Below are positions 28,801 to 37,178 of a stretch of DNA of 64,000 nucleotides, in pieces. Below the pieces are notes generated by a model. It saw only the letters and a list, made by a program, of their open reading frames with translations, was not told the origin of the DNA and made no database searches. This DNA is from Leptonemataceae bacterium (GTDB lineage Bacteria; Spirochaetota; Leptospiria; Leptospirales; Leptonemataceae), in the NCBI GenBank assembly GCA_965227295.1, contig OZ245742.1, positions 3,296,001-3,360,000 on the forward strand, in the 5' to 3' direction. The position numbers and the translations under genes are program-made. How positions within the stretch are numbered: position 1 is the first letter of the stretch; every line of letters begins with the position of its first letter.

Positions 28801-30791
28801 ATGCCTTCCAGGCGCACGTCCAGTTCTTCGAGCCGGAGGCCGGCGAGGCTCCGATCTTGGTCCAGGTCCGCGAACAAGGCCTCAACGCGCGGCAGCGAGT
28901 CCGCTTCCATGCGTTGGGCGATTTCCCGCCGACGTTCACGCCAGCGCTGATGGACGAGGGCGCTCAGGCCGGCGACGAGTTCCCGCACCCGGGACTGCTC
29001 TTTGGATTCCCGCAGGGCCTGAAGCACGTCTTCTTCGCGTGCCCCGGGATTCGCTGAGTTCATTTCATCGTCGATTAAGCCGAGCAAACGCGCCGCGTAG
29101 TCCCGGGCCACGGCGACATGCTCGCTCAGGATCACGTCGGCGATATTTTTGCGAAAGGACTGGCCGATCAATCGAATGGCCTTCTCGAAGTTTTCCTGTT
29201 CGATGACGATGGGCGCGCCGCCGGCCTCTGCGTCGGTTTCGTGAATGTAAAGGCCGATGGCCTCGAGGATCACGTCCGCCGCTTCGAACCAGGCGTTGTC
29301 GGATTCGCCCAGGACGTTGTGTCCGCCGGCCCGCAGGGATTCTTCAATCAAACCTTCGGTGGTGTCGAAGGGGTCCACACCGAGGGCCGTCGTGGCCAGG
29401 TTCCAGACCCCCGTCGCCGACGCGCGCTGAATGGAAACGCTGAGCGCGGCGTCGCGCCCGCCGCTTCGGTCCAGGCGTTTGTAAACGGCGTCGACGGCCT
29501 CTCGTACGTCCGCGGCAAAACGGTCCGCAAATTCACGGAGGCGTTCCACGCCGTGCTGCTTCGGCTGCGCGGGGGCCCGGCCGCGGCGCTTTTGGTAGTA
29601 AGATCGGACGGCGGCGTGGATACGGCCGTGGTAGTCGTCGATGCGCTGTTCGAAGCGACGCAGATTTCCCAGCAGCCGCGCCTTCGAAACGGAAGGGGCG
29701 CTGAGCACGGCTTCCAGATCGCGAAGACCGGCGCTTAACTTCGAACGCAAAGCAGTTAGATGTTCGCGCAGTTCTTCCGGGCCTGCGTCGTCGCGGCGGG
29801 AATGCAGCAGGCGTTCCATCTTACGGACCTTCTTGCGCAGTTTCTCCACGTCATGGAGGATCTGCGCTTCCGCCGTGAGCAGAGTGATGAAGTACGACGC
29901 GCGGCTGAAGCGGCTGACAAACAGCGTGCGCCCGTCTTCCAGGCAGCGTTCGCGCAGGCGACGGACGTTGGCCCGGCTGAGTTCCGCATCGAAGTCCGCG
30001 GAGGCATAGACCTCGGTAAGCAGGCGGTGGTTGCGTTCGTCGGGATTCTTTTCGAAGAAGACGACGTCGCGCAGGGCTTCGAGGGAGACGGGCCAGTCGA
30101 TGGTGCTCGCGGCGCGCAGCCAGGCGATGCGCTGTTCGCGCCAGGCCGCGCCGCCGGAGTTCAGGCGTTCGTCGAAACAGTCGGCGATGGTGAGGGCGAA
30201 GACGTTGTCGCTGTCGAGCCAGGGGCCCCGTAATACGTGATCGAGAGAAGTTAGCAGCCCCGGTTCCTTTTTTCGGACCGTGTCGAGAAACTCGAAGCAG
30301 CCGAGCAGGGCCGGGACGAACCCCCGGCGCTCTTTCTTTTTGGCCGGCAGCACTCCCGCCGCGAATAACCGGACCACGGCGGCGAGTACGGCGAGTCCGC
30401 GCTCATCGTCGCCGCGCGGTACGTAGCTCTCGCCGTGGAGGCGAACAGTCGTCCCCTGTGAGACGGCGTCCTGCATGCGGGCCAGAACGCCGGCGTCGAT
30501 GACGATGCGGGGATCATCCTGTGTGACTGTGACGAGGTGTTCTGCGCCGTGGACATAGCGCAGAGGAATCTTGCGCAAACGTTTGCGAACTTCTTTCGCG
30601 AGCTTCGAAGAGAGTTCCTCCAGCAACGTTTCGCCGGAAGCGATGAATCGTTTTGCCGCGACGGCGTCTCTGGAGTCGGCGGGTCCCGGGGACGCCGCAC
30701 GCCGGGCCTGCCAGCGATCGGCAGGTTGTCGGGGCGCTTGATCAACGATGGTTAAGAATGCGGTTTCAGTCGATGTTCGATCGGAGGGCAT
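22869..30791 (-). CDS. Giant 2640-aa protein: expanded UDP-glucose/GDP-mannose dehydrogenase-like region plus C-terminal ATP-grasp domain
   Basis: Dehydrogenase motifs in canonical order: ADVILEAI, NFEKAIRLIG, LTTQAAG, PSRVDLG, AEESKPFEN, RPGGAGSTGFCQPKD, YKPVSDARLS. ATP-grasp motifs: YDKL, ISKAARQSGG, VLQRLI, SRVIV, SNVGRGG, LIENN. Confidence 0.75.
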   Translation of the reverse strand: MPSDRTSTETAFLTIVDQAPRQPADRWQARRAASPGPADSRDAVAAKRFIASGETLLEELSSKLAKEVRKRLRKIPLRYVHGAEHLVTVTQDDPRIVIDAGVLARMQDAVSQGTTVRLHGESYVPRGDDERGLAVLAAVVRLFAAGVLPAKKKERRGFVPALLGCFEFLDTVRKKEPGLLTSLDHVLRGPWLDSDNVFALTIADCFDERLNSGGAAWREQRIAWLRAASTIDWPVSLEALRDVVFFEKNPDERNHRLLTEVYASADFDAELSRANVRRLRERCLEDGRTLFVSRFSRASYFITLLTAEAQILHDVEKLRKKVRKMERLLHSRRDDAGPEELREHLTALRSKLSAGLRDLEAVLSAPSVSKARLLGNLRRFEQRIDDYHGRIHAAVRSYYQKRRGRAPAQPKQHGVERLREFADRFAADVREAVDAVYKRLDRSGGRDAALSVSIQRASATGVWNLATTALGVDPFDTTEGLIEESLRAGGHNVLGESDNAWFEAADVILEAIGLYIHETDAEAGGAPIVIEQENFEKAIRLIGQSFRKNIADVILSEHVAVARDYAARLLGLIDDEMNSANPGAREEDVLQALRESKEQSRVRELVAGLSALVHQRWRERRREIAQRMEADSLPRVEALFADLDQDRSLAGLRLEELDVRLEGIDTALSSTAYTFRARDIRDAVLREDLALRRRRSVPLWIVLTTQAAGLTDLCAGFWFDDEMTCTNLTTAFTYGGRTLEEEAREHLGETRRHFAEIGRSVIEEFRLDYRIDEIIGESGADDSEAAVERAVLQLILRNRDVSRETAKRFVLWQSLPHRERRYAEEPPAAQAALANHGEELRGTALEQIIRRNPELGWDIEDGVLSENDVQNHPVYGLEFQNELRILARQRAIQEHALGPTMEWYTAGQSEDSLPRIIRMKLDLGMSTHRDEVLLRYRLRTNGTLIREDEYRETPGTIEDEPLPLFVLKNDPLFSYEARGGNKKYHRGYGPSRVDLGFWERISVQEWPQWIGPADRAARIAMENFYDLYNYDVRSFEDVRHAEESKPFENGIMEAQLALTHIFQALQLSIGVGHFQRLAADSTERPEIKVRPGGAGSTGFCQPKDIYYWYFVNVITRDEVYRYAGLPVDRWSSLTSLRRRLTDRLSGVMNETAVRDFAQRCESVFTAVEAAERRPGFEPAEHFEAGGEPSLFHPRGMLPSAAFFTAADRIGVRDPRVDPRGFLRSVHGVYQGKILQVLESRMRFVPVSLIFLLRQAFDIVRERRPESPAYSDAVIPLPVEYKPVSDARLSMGLRMFELMAAAGVHDGRHLLEHIYSSLDREGEATAQLLLNGFDAQDTTQRKLLAERLYDDGRELSDDDLRDLAQQYPRTSAPADIRLFTPFNMSTQSVYNYVSGSTLSTWADRVRRLIHACLARYSRRGANPAWSMSDEEIDANCLTYGARLRSWTTLKDLPDESYAELARPLGGLVHALVFDVRLKNPEYRAGPGTDLREAFRGSDVLPVIVHYDELTGSEDEGVEIERHPRRNSARTILDDLPRAAADMRDGRPESALILFDAPVQGRKTALDRTAIKTWLSLGGYYLSPAVGFDELQYYERDVREECEAAAAYRDTLLAGDKEKLTECLTVIRELARDRYRKARDEEELAIHSAEWWRGGGFYNWSERHALMREGWFHLLTGKGTLDYGLWLVAGGLFLVNGRPAAEVALEKRRFEEATRRLNGKEDEHAGFGPDAVQRVEACFVRPEYTAPVGAMREVYGERTSIKKREEAVDESAGSALERHLLQRRARSIRRQVSGYRKGLADATPNTVEALCDRAAEILNSVDLGPETQGIARESCGEFLAITERAFHAIVEECYQGEDTPEKRAMLTRGRLLFDAGRNPEAEAWLELAGRGDDPGDFGRLAYRCAGQKDMLRPVARVAGLFDVLFALIKTADLFNLTSDELNTEQETISRRLHLAVAEFFAETIYDHVFDYPWRIFSPMAGSGFSDYDYIMGSWLGEGTPFTREEIFAIQVEEHRWLGRYFDRLFRSRTYLRQAPPAYVDALLGTPETPPVGGPAASDPLHEREWFWYTHKRDLAHVDQQGHRARGIFDVSAGKAAELFDDGNRPAVAIVCPPGRPHLLTFFEENPLYNREHPGDACNWVLGRALLFDENDESLRIPHGFMYVDAEVFRRLSEHQKHLTLPPGLHANAGDEPRGVMIGVRFERPLRNCLSFPFHGAPYYLQGLDERIGLPSVQAWIHNILMYDKLEHARIHAPGRGVSVPEELHWKKSYQFHADGTPRDEDEIVAELSRGSARFPGGLTHFHWKCISKAARQSGGRLAFPAQLRDGAGNVLEENVLTQARNMARVGWIDDQVLQRLIPANPAAWASPEYLRRLRQELIRKHGIAAPADAEFFAYSRVIVVYVDEAPEYVLELTVASRAAVSNVGRGGVLFKWRPAFARDAATAETISSRRREAALASMHAIELRSDALWSRLTSPDDPGVIEDHQQLLGRRLRERHDRTGHPYSRPRYMMHDFLDTPVLRIGGDDELIETPEIVGYEYARDGVGSIADRLTSMTVLADNGATSRAGPEDITDWKPVLIENNIGFGLWNPFKEDERRDELQRARTQNRGPDPARYGGDLRKMMLAFSKAAREYLKPATTAKLS

Positions 30792-33700
30792 ACCAGAGTA
30801 TCTTCAGTTGCAGCGAAAGCGGCACCTTGGGTCCTTTCTTTTCGCTCGAAGGCGGCTGATATGTAAAGACGTATTCCCGGGAGAAGTCGCTTTCCGCGGT
30901 TTTCGCCCCGTTTTTTGTGCCGAGGGATTTCACGGCGGCGTGGTAGGTCTTGCCCGCTTCGAAAGGTTCGCCCGCCGCGATCTCATTCAGAAACAAAGTG
31001 GTATCCGTAGCCTCGTACTCATGATGATATTCGCCCTGCGCCGGCCCCAGGGAAACGCGATAGGCCGTCGGTTCGCCGGCGGCTTGTTCCCAGTGAAAGT
31101 AGACGCCGCTTGCATCGTTGGCGGCGAGGAAACCGCCGGGGGCCGCGAGTTCCTGCGCAAAAGAGACTGTGATGGGAGTCGCCGTGCCGCGGGTGGAGGT
31201 CGCTGTTAAGGGTGGGCGAGCGAAAGTTACAAGATCGTTGCGAACATCTTGCGGGAGGATGACGCGCTCCTGGTTTGCGCCGGGATTCGGTTTGCCGCGG
31301 CCGGGCTCGAAAAAGGCGATCATGAGGGAGAAGGGATGCTGGAATCCGTTCCAGGTCGGCGCCGAACTCGCGTACTGATTTCCGGAGATGAAGGCCGCCT
31401 GAAAGCCCTGACGATTGCCCCAGGTGGGCTGGTAGTACTGATCGCCGAAGTGGGCACCGAAAGGATTGATGCGGATCTTGAGTCGGTCGTCGAAGACCGA
31501 GGGTTTGACCTGTTGCATGGGGGCGAAGGCGAAGTTCGCCTGGACCGTGGTATCCATGGCCACGGCCACTCCGAGTGTTTCGGCGCTGACGGCGGCGTAC
31601 TCGGCCGTGATGTGGTTGTTAATGTTTGCCAGATTTAAGTTAGCGTCCGAATGTTTGAAGTAATCGACCGTGTACGAGGACTCGGTGCCGAGGTAGTTCC
31701 GCTTCAGTACGCGAAAGGGTTTGTCCGTGGAGGCCGGGACCGCGAAGCGCAGCGGCGCCGGCATGACCTCGTCCCACTTGCGATCCAGCTTACGGGTGAG
31801 GGACGCCTGTTCGAGCTTTACGTAATCCTCGCGTACCGTCTCCGGATAGAGGATGCCGCCTTCGACGAAGACGTAGGGCACGTCTTCGACGAGGCTGATG
31901 CGATAGTCGATGCGCCCCGCTTTGCTGCCGTCGATCCCCGGCAGGGGAAACTCGCCGGTGAGTCGCACCGTGGCCACCCCGCGCGTCCCATCCTGCTCCA
32001 CGCTGACCTTCAGGTTCTCCGGAGCGAAGCGCCGGCGATCGTAGGTGATGGCCGGGATCAGGCTGCCGGCTTCCAGGCGCGGAAGATAGGGCAGGCCCTC
32101 GTCCATCCGGGCGTTCACGGCCTGCACGTGTCCGTGTTCGTTCAGGAGGATTTCGACGAATTCGTTTCTTAAGTGATCTTTTGCGGCGGTTACGGCAACA
32201 CTGCTCTCCCGCGGCGCGAGATAGAGCGAGTAACGTCCGTCGCGCAGTACGTTGTCGTCGCTGGCGGGGGCGATGTACAGTTTCGCCCGGTCGTCCGTCG
32301 TGAGCAGGGTGTACGTGCGCAGGGCGTTCCCCTGTTCGTCGGTGACCAGGTAGTCCCGTTCGTCGTCGGGAAATTTCGTGACCGATAGGGTGATCACCGC
32401 GCCGCCGGTTTGCCCGGAGAAGCCGTTGTCCGGATTGTCACGGTTGAATCGCGGCTCGGCCCGGGTAAACGAAAAGCTGTCGATGCGCTCGGCGTCCCCG
32501 GGCAGGTCGCGTCCCGGGACGGCCCCGGCGCTGCGCCCCCGGGCCGCGGTTTCCAGTTGCGCCCTGGCCCGGGCGGTGAGGGCGTCCATGTTGTCGACGA
32601 GTTTGCGGACGACCTGTTCCCGGGCCCGGGCCAGATACGGGGTGGCCATGCCGAAGTTCGTAGTGGAAAGCAAACGCAAACGTACTTCGAATAACTGTTT
32701 GAGGGTTTGTGCTAAGCCGCCGGGCACGTTGCCGCCGTATAGGTTCTCGGCCAGTTCCTCCACGCGCCGGGAGGCGGTGAGGCGGGTCCAGTAGTCCTGG
32801 GTGGTGGCCTTCTCCGCCCAGGAGGAGTAGCCGTTAAAGGAACCGTCCGCCGGGTCCTGTCCGAACGTGATCTCACCGGCCGGATCATGTTGGTTCAGGT
32901 ACTCCGTGACCGTCGTGAACTCCACGTAATCGAGGCCCGCGAGTTCCTGCAGCAGTTGTTCCAGGCCGCCGGTATTCGGCAGCCACTTGAGATGCGAGGG
33001 TAGTTTATAACCGTACCAGTACTCGTCGTCGGCGTCGAAGTTCAGCGTAATCAACACATCGCGATCGATCTCGCCGGACAACTGCGCGCGACGCAGCGTG
33101 CGGACCCAACGTTTGAGGCTTACGTTTTCGATGAGGTCGCCGACGTTATAGGCCGGCATCACGATGATCTCTTCGCCGGTGTCCGGATGTTTGTAGAGCA
33201 GCGGGTTGTGCGCTTCTTCCAGGGTGAGTTCCCGTTCGAAGACACGAAACGTATCGAAGGTGATGGCGCTATAGTAGAAGATGAGCGCGTTCACGCCCAG
33301 TTGTTTGTAGAGATCGTACGTGCCCGGTGTGGCCATCATCTCCTGGGGCCGGGCGATGGGCGACCACTCACCGAAGACGTCCTGGTTCCCGCTCCGTGCC
33401 GGATTCGTAATGGCGCGTTCCATGGCGGCACGAAACTCCTCCTCGTTCATGGCGGACATGAGGCCGTTGTTGTACGACATGAGCACGATGTCGTCGCCGT
33501 TCTCTTTGACCCGCCGCCGGATGTCTTCGATGATGTCCGGCGCGTACTCCGGCAACGTCTCCTGTAACGAAAACAGATTCTCAATGTCCCAGTGCGCTTT
33601 GACCGGGGTGCCCTTTTCGTTGTGTTCGTCGAGCACCTCGATGATGCGCCGGATGATGCGAATGTCTTTGCCGAAGCCGGCCTCGTCGTTCGTATCGATG

Positions 33701-33867
33701 CGGTAGGAGTGATAGAGGTTCGTATGAAAACCGAAGGTAACGTAGACTTTGTGCGGGCTTTCCCCGCCGAGAGTTTTGATGCGCGGCACGAGTATGACCA
33801 GCAGCCAGTAGGCGATGAAGATGACGAACAGCGCTACGATCAACGCGCGCCAGAGCAGTGCTTTCAT
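30766..33867 (-). CDS. Membrane-anchored glycoside hydrolase / polysaccharide-deacetylase-fold (GH38/GH57-like) protein with C-terminal FN3-like domain
   Basis: N-terminal TM segment; GFHTNLYHSY metal-binding-like motif; ARPQEMM, NFDADDE; beta-rich C-terminal half; APGGF..YFHW..YRV..TYHAAVKS FN3 pattern. Confidence 0.55.
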   Translation of the reverse strand: MKALLWRALIVALFVIFIAYWLLVILVPRIKTLGGESPHKVYVTFGFHTNLYHSYRIDTNDEAGFGKDIRIIRRIIEVLDEHNEKGTPVKAHWDIENLFSLQETLPEYAPDIIEDIRRRVKENGDDIVLMSYNNGLMSAMNEEEFRAAMERAITNPARSGNQDVFGEWSPIARPQEMMATPGTYDLYKQLGVNALIFYYSAITFDTFRVFERELTLEEAHNPLLYKHPDTGEEIIVMPAYNVGDLIENVSLKRWVRTLRRAQLSGEIDRDVLITLNFDADDEYWYGYKLPSHLKWLPNTGGLEQLLQELAGLDYVEFTTVTEYLNQHDPAGEITFGQDPADGSFNGYSSWAEKATTQDYWTRLTASRRVEELAENLYGGNVPGGLAQTLKQLFEVRLRLLSTTNFGMATPYLARAREQVVRKLVDNMDALTARARAQLETAARGRSAGAVPGRDLPGDAERIDSFSFTRAEPRFNRDNPDNGFSGQTGGAVITLSVTKFPDDERDYLVTDEQGNALRTYTLLTTDDRAKLYIAPASDDNVLRDGRYSLYLAPRESSVAVTAAKDHLRNEFVEILLNEHGHVQAVNARMDEGLPYLPRLEAGSLIPAITYDRRRFAPENLKVSVEQDGTRGVATVRLTGEFPLPGIDGSKAGRIDYRISLVEDVPYVFVEGGILYPETVREDYVKLEQASLTRKLDRKWDEVMPAPLRFAVPASTDKPFRVLKRNYLGTESSYTVDYFKHSDANLNLANINNHITAEYAAVSAETLGVAVAMDTTVQANFAFAPMQQVKPSVFDDRLKIRINPFGAHFGDQYYQPTWGNRQGFQAAFISGNQYASSAPTWNGFQHPFSLMIAFFEPGRGKPNPGANQERVILPQDVRNDLVTFARPPLTATSTRGTATPITVSFAQELAAPGGFLAANDASGVYFHWEQAAGEPTAYRVSLGPAQGEYHHEYEATDTTLFLNEIAAGEPFEAGKTYHAAVKSLGTKNGAKTAESDFSREYVFTYQPPSSEKKGPKVPLSLQLKILWYALRSNID

Positions 33868-34008
33868 AAGTCCCCCTGAAAACGAAGGCAGAAATGGAAT
33901 GACGTGACTTTCTTTGCAAGAAGAAGATGAAGAACGAAGAAGTATTTATCCTCCTTGTCCGTCCCGAGTATTTCGTGACGTACGCCGTAATCCCTGCAAA
34001 ATGACCGC

Positions 34009-34425
34009 ATGCCCCACATCACGAAACTCGAAGTCAAACAGGCCTTCGCCGAATTTCCGGCCGAACTGCGCGAACGTCTTCTGGCCGTCCGTGATCTCAT
34101 CTACGAAATCGCCGCCGGGGACGAGGAGATCGGCAACGTCGAAGAAAGCCTCAAGTGGGGTCAGCCCAGTTATTCCGTAAAAACCGGTACCCCCGTGCGC
34201 CTGGGCGTGCACTCCGCCGAGCGCGGCGAATGCGCCCTGTATGTGCATTGCCAGACGAATCTCATTGCCGGCTTTCGCCGCAAATACGCATCGCGCAGCG
34301 GCGGTCGCACGCCCGTGGACTTCGACGGCAATCGGGCTGTAGTACTCCGTGGTAAGAAGTTACCCGTGCGAATCTTGCGAGAGTGCATCCGCGCGGCGCT
34401 GACCTACCGGCTTCAGTCCAGGTAA
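34009..34425 (+). CDS. DUF1801 (YdhG-like) protein
   Basis: EESLKWGQPSY, LYVHCQTNL, FDGNRA, CIRAALTY. Confidence 0.8.
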   Translation: MPHITKLEVKQAFAEFPAELRERLLAVRDLIYEIAAGDEEIGNVEESLKWGQPSYSVKTGTPVRLGVHSAERGECALYVHCQTNLIAGFRRKYASRSGGRTPVDFDGNRAVVLRGKKLPVRILRECIRAALTYRLQSR

Positions 34426-35726
34426 CCGAACCAGCGCGGAAGCAGCAGCGAAAGTTCCGGCACCAGCGCCGTAATGCCCAGGACCACGAGCATGGCGGCG
34501 AAGAGCGGCAACATGGGCCGCACCACACGTTCCAGCGGCACCCCGGCCGTGCTGCAACCGACGAAGAGGACGCTGCCCACCGGCGGCGTGCAGATGCCGA
34601 TCGATAGATTCAAAATCATCATAATCCCGAAGTGCACCGGGTCCACGCCCAGCTCCCGGACCACCGGTAAAAAGACCGGCGTAAAAATCAGCACGGCCGG
34701 CGTAATGTCCAAAAAAGCGCCGACGATGAGCAGGATCAGGTTCATCATCAGCAGGATGATGATCGGGTTGTCGCTCCAGGCCAGCAGGGCCGTGCTTAAG
34801 TTCTCGGGCAGGCGTTCGTAGGCCAGGGTCCACGCCAGCGCCGAGGAACAGGCGATTAACAACAACACAACAGAAGTTACGGCGGCGCTTTCGCGCAGCA
34901 ACTCCGGCAGTTCGCGCCAGGAAATTTCGCGATAGATCAGCACCGACAACACGAATGTATACACGACGGCGGCGGCGCTGGCCTCGGTGGCGGTGAACCA
35001 ACCGGCCACGATACCGCCGATGACCACCACGATCAAAAACATCGACGGGGCCGCGTTGGCGAAGGCGCGGAGGGCCTCACGCAGTTCCAGGTTTGCCGCG
35101 CGGCCGTAGCCCCGGCGTTTGGCCATCACGGCGGCGGTAAGAATCAAGGCCAGGGCGATGAGCAGACCCGGCAGGTAGCCGGCCAGAAACAGCGCCGCAA
35201 TGGAAACGCCGCCGCTGGCCAGGGAGTAGATGATCAGAATGTTCGAAGGCGGCACGATCAGTCCGGTGGTGCTTGAGGTAATGTTCACCGCGGCGGCGAA
35301 GGCCGGGTCGTAGCCCTCGCGTTTCATCATGGGCGTAAGCGCGCCGCCGATGGCGGCGGCCGCGGCAACGGCGGAGCCGGAGACCGCGCCAAAGAGCAGA
35401 CATGCCGTCACGTTCACCGCGGCGAGGCCGCCGGGCAGGCCGCCCACTAACACGCGGGCAAACGCGATTAAGCGCCGGGCAATGCCGCCGCGGTTCATCA
35501 ACTGGCCGGCCAGAATAAAAAACGGAATCGCGAGTAAAGCGAACGAGTCCAGGCCGGCGGCCATGCGCTGGGCCGTGCTCGTGAAGGCGATGTCCGCGGG
35601 CAAACTGAGCAGGAGCGCAGCCGTTGCGGCAATGCCGATGCTGTACGAGATCGGCGTACCGAGGATGAGCGGAACCCCGAAACACGCGAGAAAGACGAGC
35701 ATATGCAGTACGTTAAGTTCGATCAT
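34413..35726 (-). CDS. dctM: TRAP transporter large permease
   Basis: LLAIPFFILAGQLM, GAVSGSA, IVPPS, FTATEA, GICTPPVG. Confidence 0.93.
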   Translation of the reverse strand: MIELNVLHMLVFLACFGVPLILGTPISYSIGIAATAALLLSLPADIAFTSTAQRMAAGLDSFALLAIPFFILAGQLMNRGGIARRLIAFARVLVGGLPGGLAAVNVTACLLFGAVSGSAVAAAAAIGGALTPMMKREGYDPAFAAAVNITSSTTGLIVPPSNILIIYSLASGGVSIAALFLAGYLPGLLIALALILTAAVMAKRRGYGRAANLELREALRAFANAAPSMFLIVVVIGGIVAGWFTATEASAAAVVYTFVLSVLIYREISWRELPELLRESAAVTSVVLLLIACSSALAWTLAYERLPENLSTALLAWSDNPIIILLMMNLILLIVGAFLDITPAVLIFTPVFLPVVRELGVDPVHFGIMMILNLSIGICTPPVGSVLFVGCSTAGVPLERVVRPMLPLFAAMLVVLGITALVPELSLLLPRWFGYLD

Positions 35727-36189
35727 GGCTCTCGAAAAACAGGAAATACACGGCGTACACGAATACAAAACAACCGCTCACCGGCACCGCCAGGTAAACG
35801 TATCCCAACGGTAAGTTTAACGCGGCAGAGGTTTGCCGGAGTTCGAAGGCCGTGTAGCTTAAATAGCCGCCCCCGCCGATCAGCACGGACAGCGCGAAGG
35901 CGGCCGTCAGGACTTCCACGATCACTCGCAGTACGGCCCGGCCACGGGGGCCGAGACGATTCGGCAGCAGTCCCACCGCCAGATGGCGCCGGCGACCGCC
36001 GGCATAAGCGCCGCCGAGAAAACCGAGCCAGACGAGCAGATAACGCGCGAGTTCCTCGGTAAAAGACGAGGGGTCGCCGAGCACGAAGCGCGTAAAGACC
36101 TGCCACACAACATTCAGCACGCTCACCGCCATCAACAGGGCCGTGGCGCCGCCGAGAAAACCGTCGATGATGTTAAACAATCGCTGCAT
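35713..36189 (-). CDS. dctQ: TRAP transporter small permease
   Basis: QVFTRFVL..SSFTEELARYLLVWLGFLG; four TM segments. Confidence 0.9.
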   Translation of the reverse strand: MQRLFNIIDGFLGGATALLMAVSVLNVVWQVFTRFVLGDPSSFTEELARYLLVWLGFLGGAYAGGRRRHLAVGLLPNRLGPRGRAVLRVIVEVLTAAFALSVLIGGGGYLSYTAFELRQTSAALNLPLGYVYLAVPVSGCFVFVYAVYFLFFESHDRT

Positions 36190-36194
36190 GAAAG

Positions 36195-37175
36195 TTAGTG
36201 GGACTGCTGAATGCGCCGAAACCACGGCCCCAGCTCCGGATCCCGGGCGAACTCTTCGTGCATGGCGGACGTGCGTTTGCGAAAGGGAGCCGGGTCCGGC
36301 TCGTAGATGCGCACGCCGGCCCGGCGGACTTCCCGCAGGGCGTGTTGCGTCGCTTCCCGCCACAGTCGCTTTTGCAACTGCGCGGATTCGTCGGCGGCCT
36401 GCTGAAGCCAGACGCGTTCTTGTTCGTTCAAACGATGCCAGGTCGGCGTGCCGATCAGCAAAACGTCGGGTACCGCGCTGTGACGATTGAGGGCGTAGTG
36501 TTTGCAGACCTCGTAGTGCCCGGAAAGATAAAAGCTCGGCGGATTGTTTTCCGCCCCGTCCACGATGCCCTGCTGCAGCGCCGTATACAACTCGCCCCAG
36601 GCGATGGGAGTGGCCGATCCGCCCAGGCTGCGCACCAGTTGTAAAGCCACGGGGCTTTCCTGGACGCGAATCTTCAGGCCGCGCAGATCATCGGGGTGCA
36701 GGATCGGCGGCTTAGCTTTTTTTGTGTAAAAGCTACGCCAGCCGGAGTCGTAATAGCACAGACCGCGCAGACGATAACGTTCGCCGCGTCGCAGCAGTTC
36801 CCGGCCGATTTCGCCTTCCAATACGCCGAAACGATGGGCGTCATCGCGAAAGAGATACGGGAGCCCGAGGACCCGGTACTCCGGCACGAAACCCTCGAGG
36901 GCCGAGGAGGAGACCTTGGTCATGGCCAGGCTGCCCAACTGCAACAGCTCGAGGCTCTCACGTTGTGTGCCCAGTTGATTGCCCGGGTGCACGTCCACGC
37001 GCACGGTGCCGCCGGACAACTCAGCCAGGCGTTCCCCGAGATGCAACATGGCCCGGTGCACCGGGTGCGAAACATCCAGGCCGTGGCCGAGCTTGAGGAC
37101 TTTAACCTCGCGGACCTCTCCGCACGCGGTGAGCCAGAGAAGCGTGAGCAACACGAGGGCGCCGGCTTTCCGCAT
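36195..37175 (-). CDS. dctP: TRAP substrate-binding lipoprotein
   Basis: LTAC lipobox; GLKIRVQ (carboxylate-binding Arg); ELYTALQQGIVDGAEN. Confidence 0.93.
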   Translation of the reverse strand: MRKAGALVLLTLLWLTACGEVREVKVLKLGHGLDVSHPVHRAMLHLGERLAELSGGTVRVDVHPGNQLGTQRESLELLQLGSLAMTKVSSSALEGFVPEYRVLGLPYLFRDDAHRFGVLEGEIGRELLRRGERYRLRGLCYYDSGWRSFYTKKAKPPILHPDDLRGLKIRVQESPVALQLVRSLGGSATPIAWGELYTALQQGIVDGAENNPPSFYLSGHYEVCKHYALNRHSAVPDVLLIGTPTWHRLNEQERVWLQQAADESAQLQKRLWREATQHALREVRRAGVRIYEPDPAPFRKRTSAMHEEFARDPELGPWFRRIQQSH

Positions 37176-37178
37176 GAT

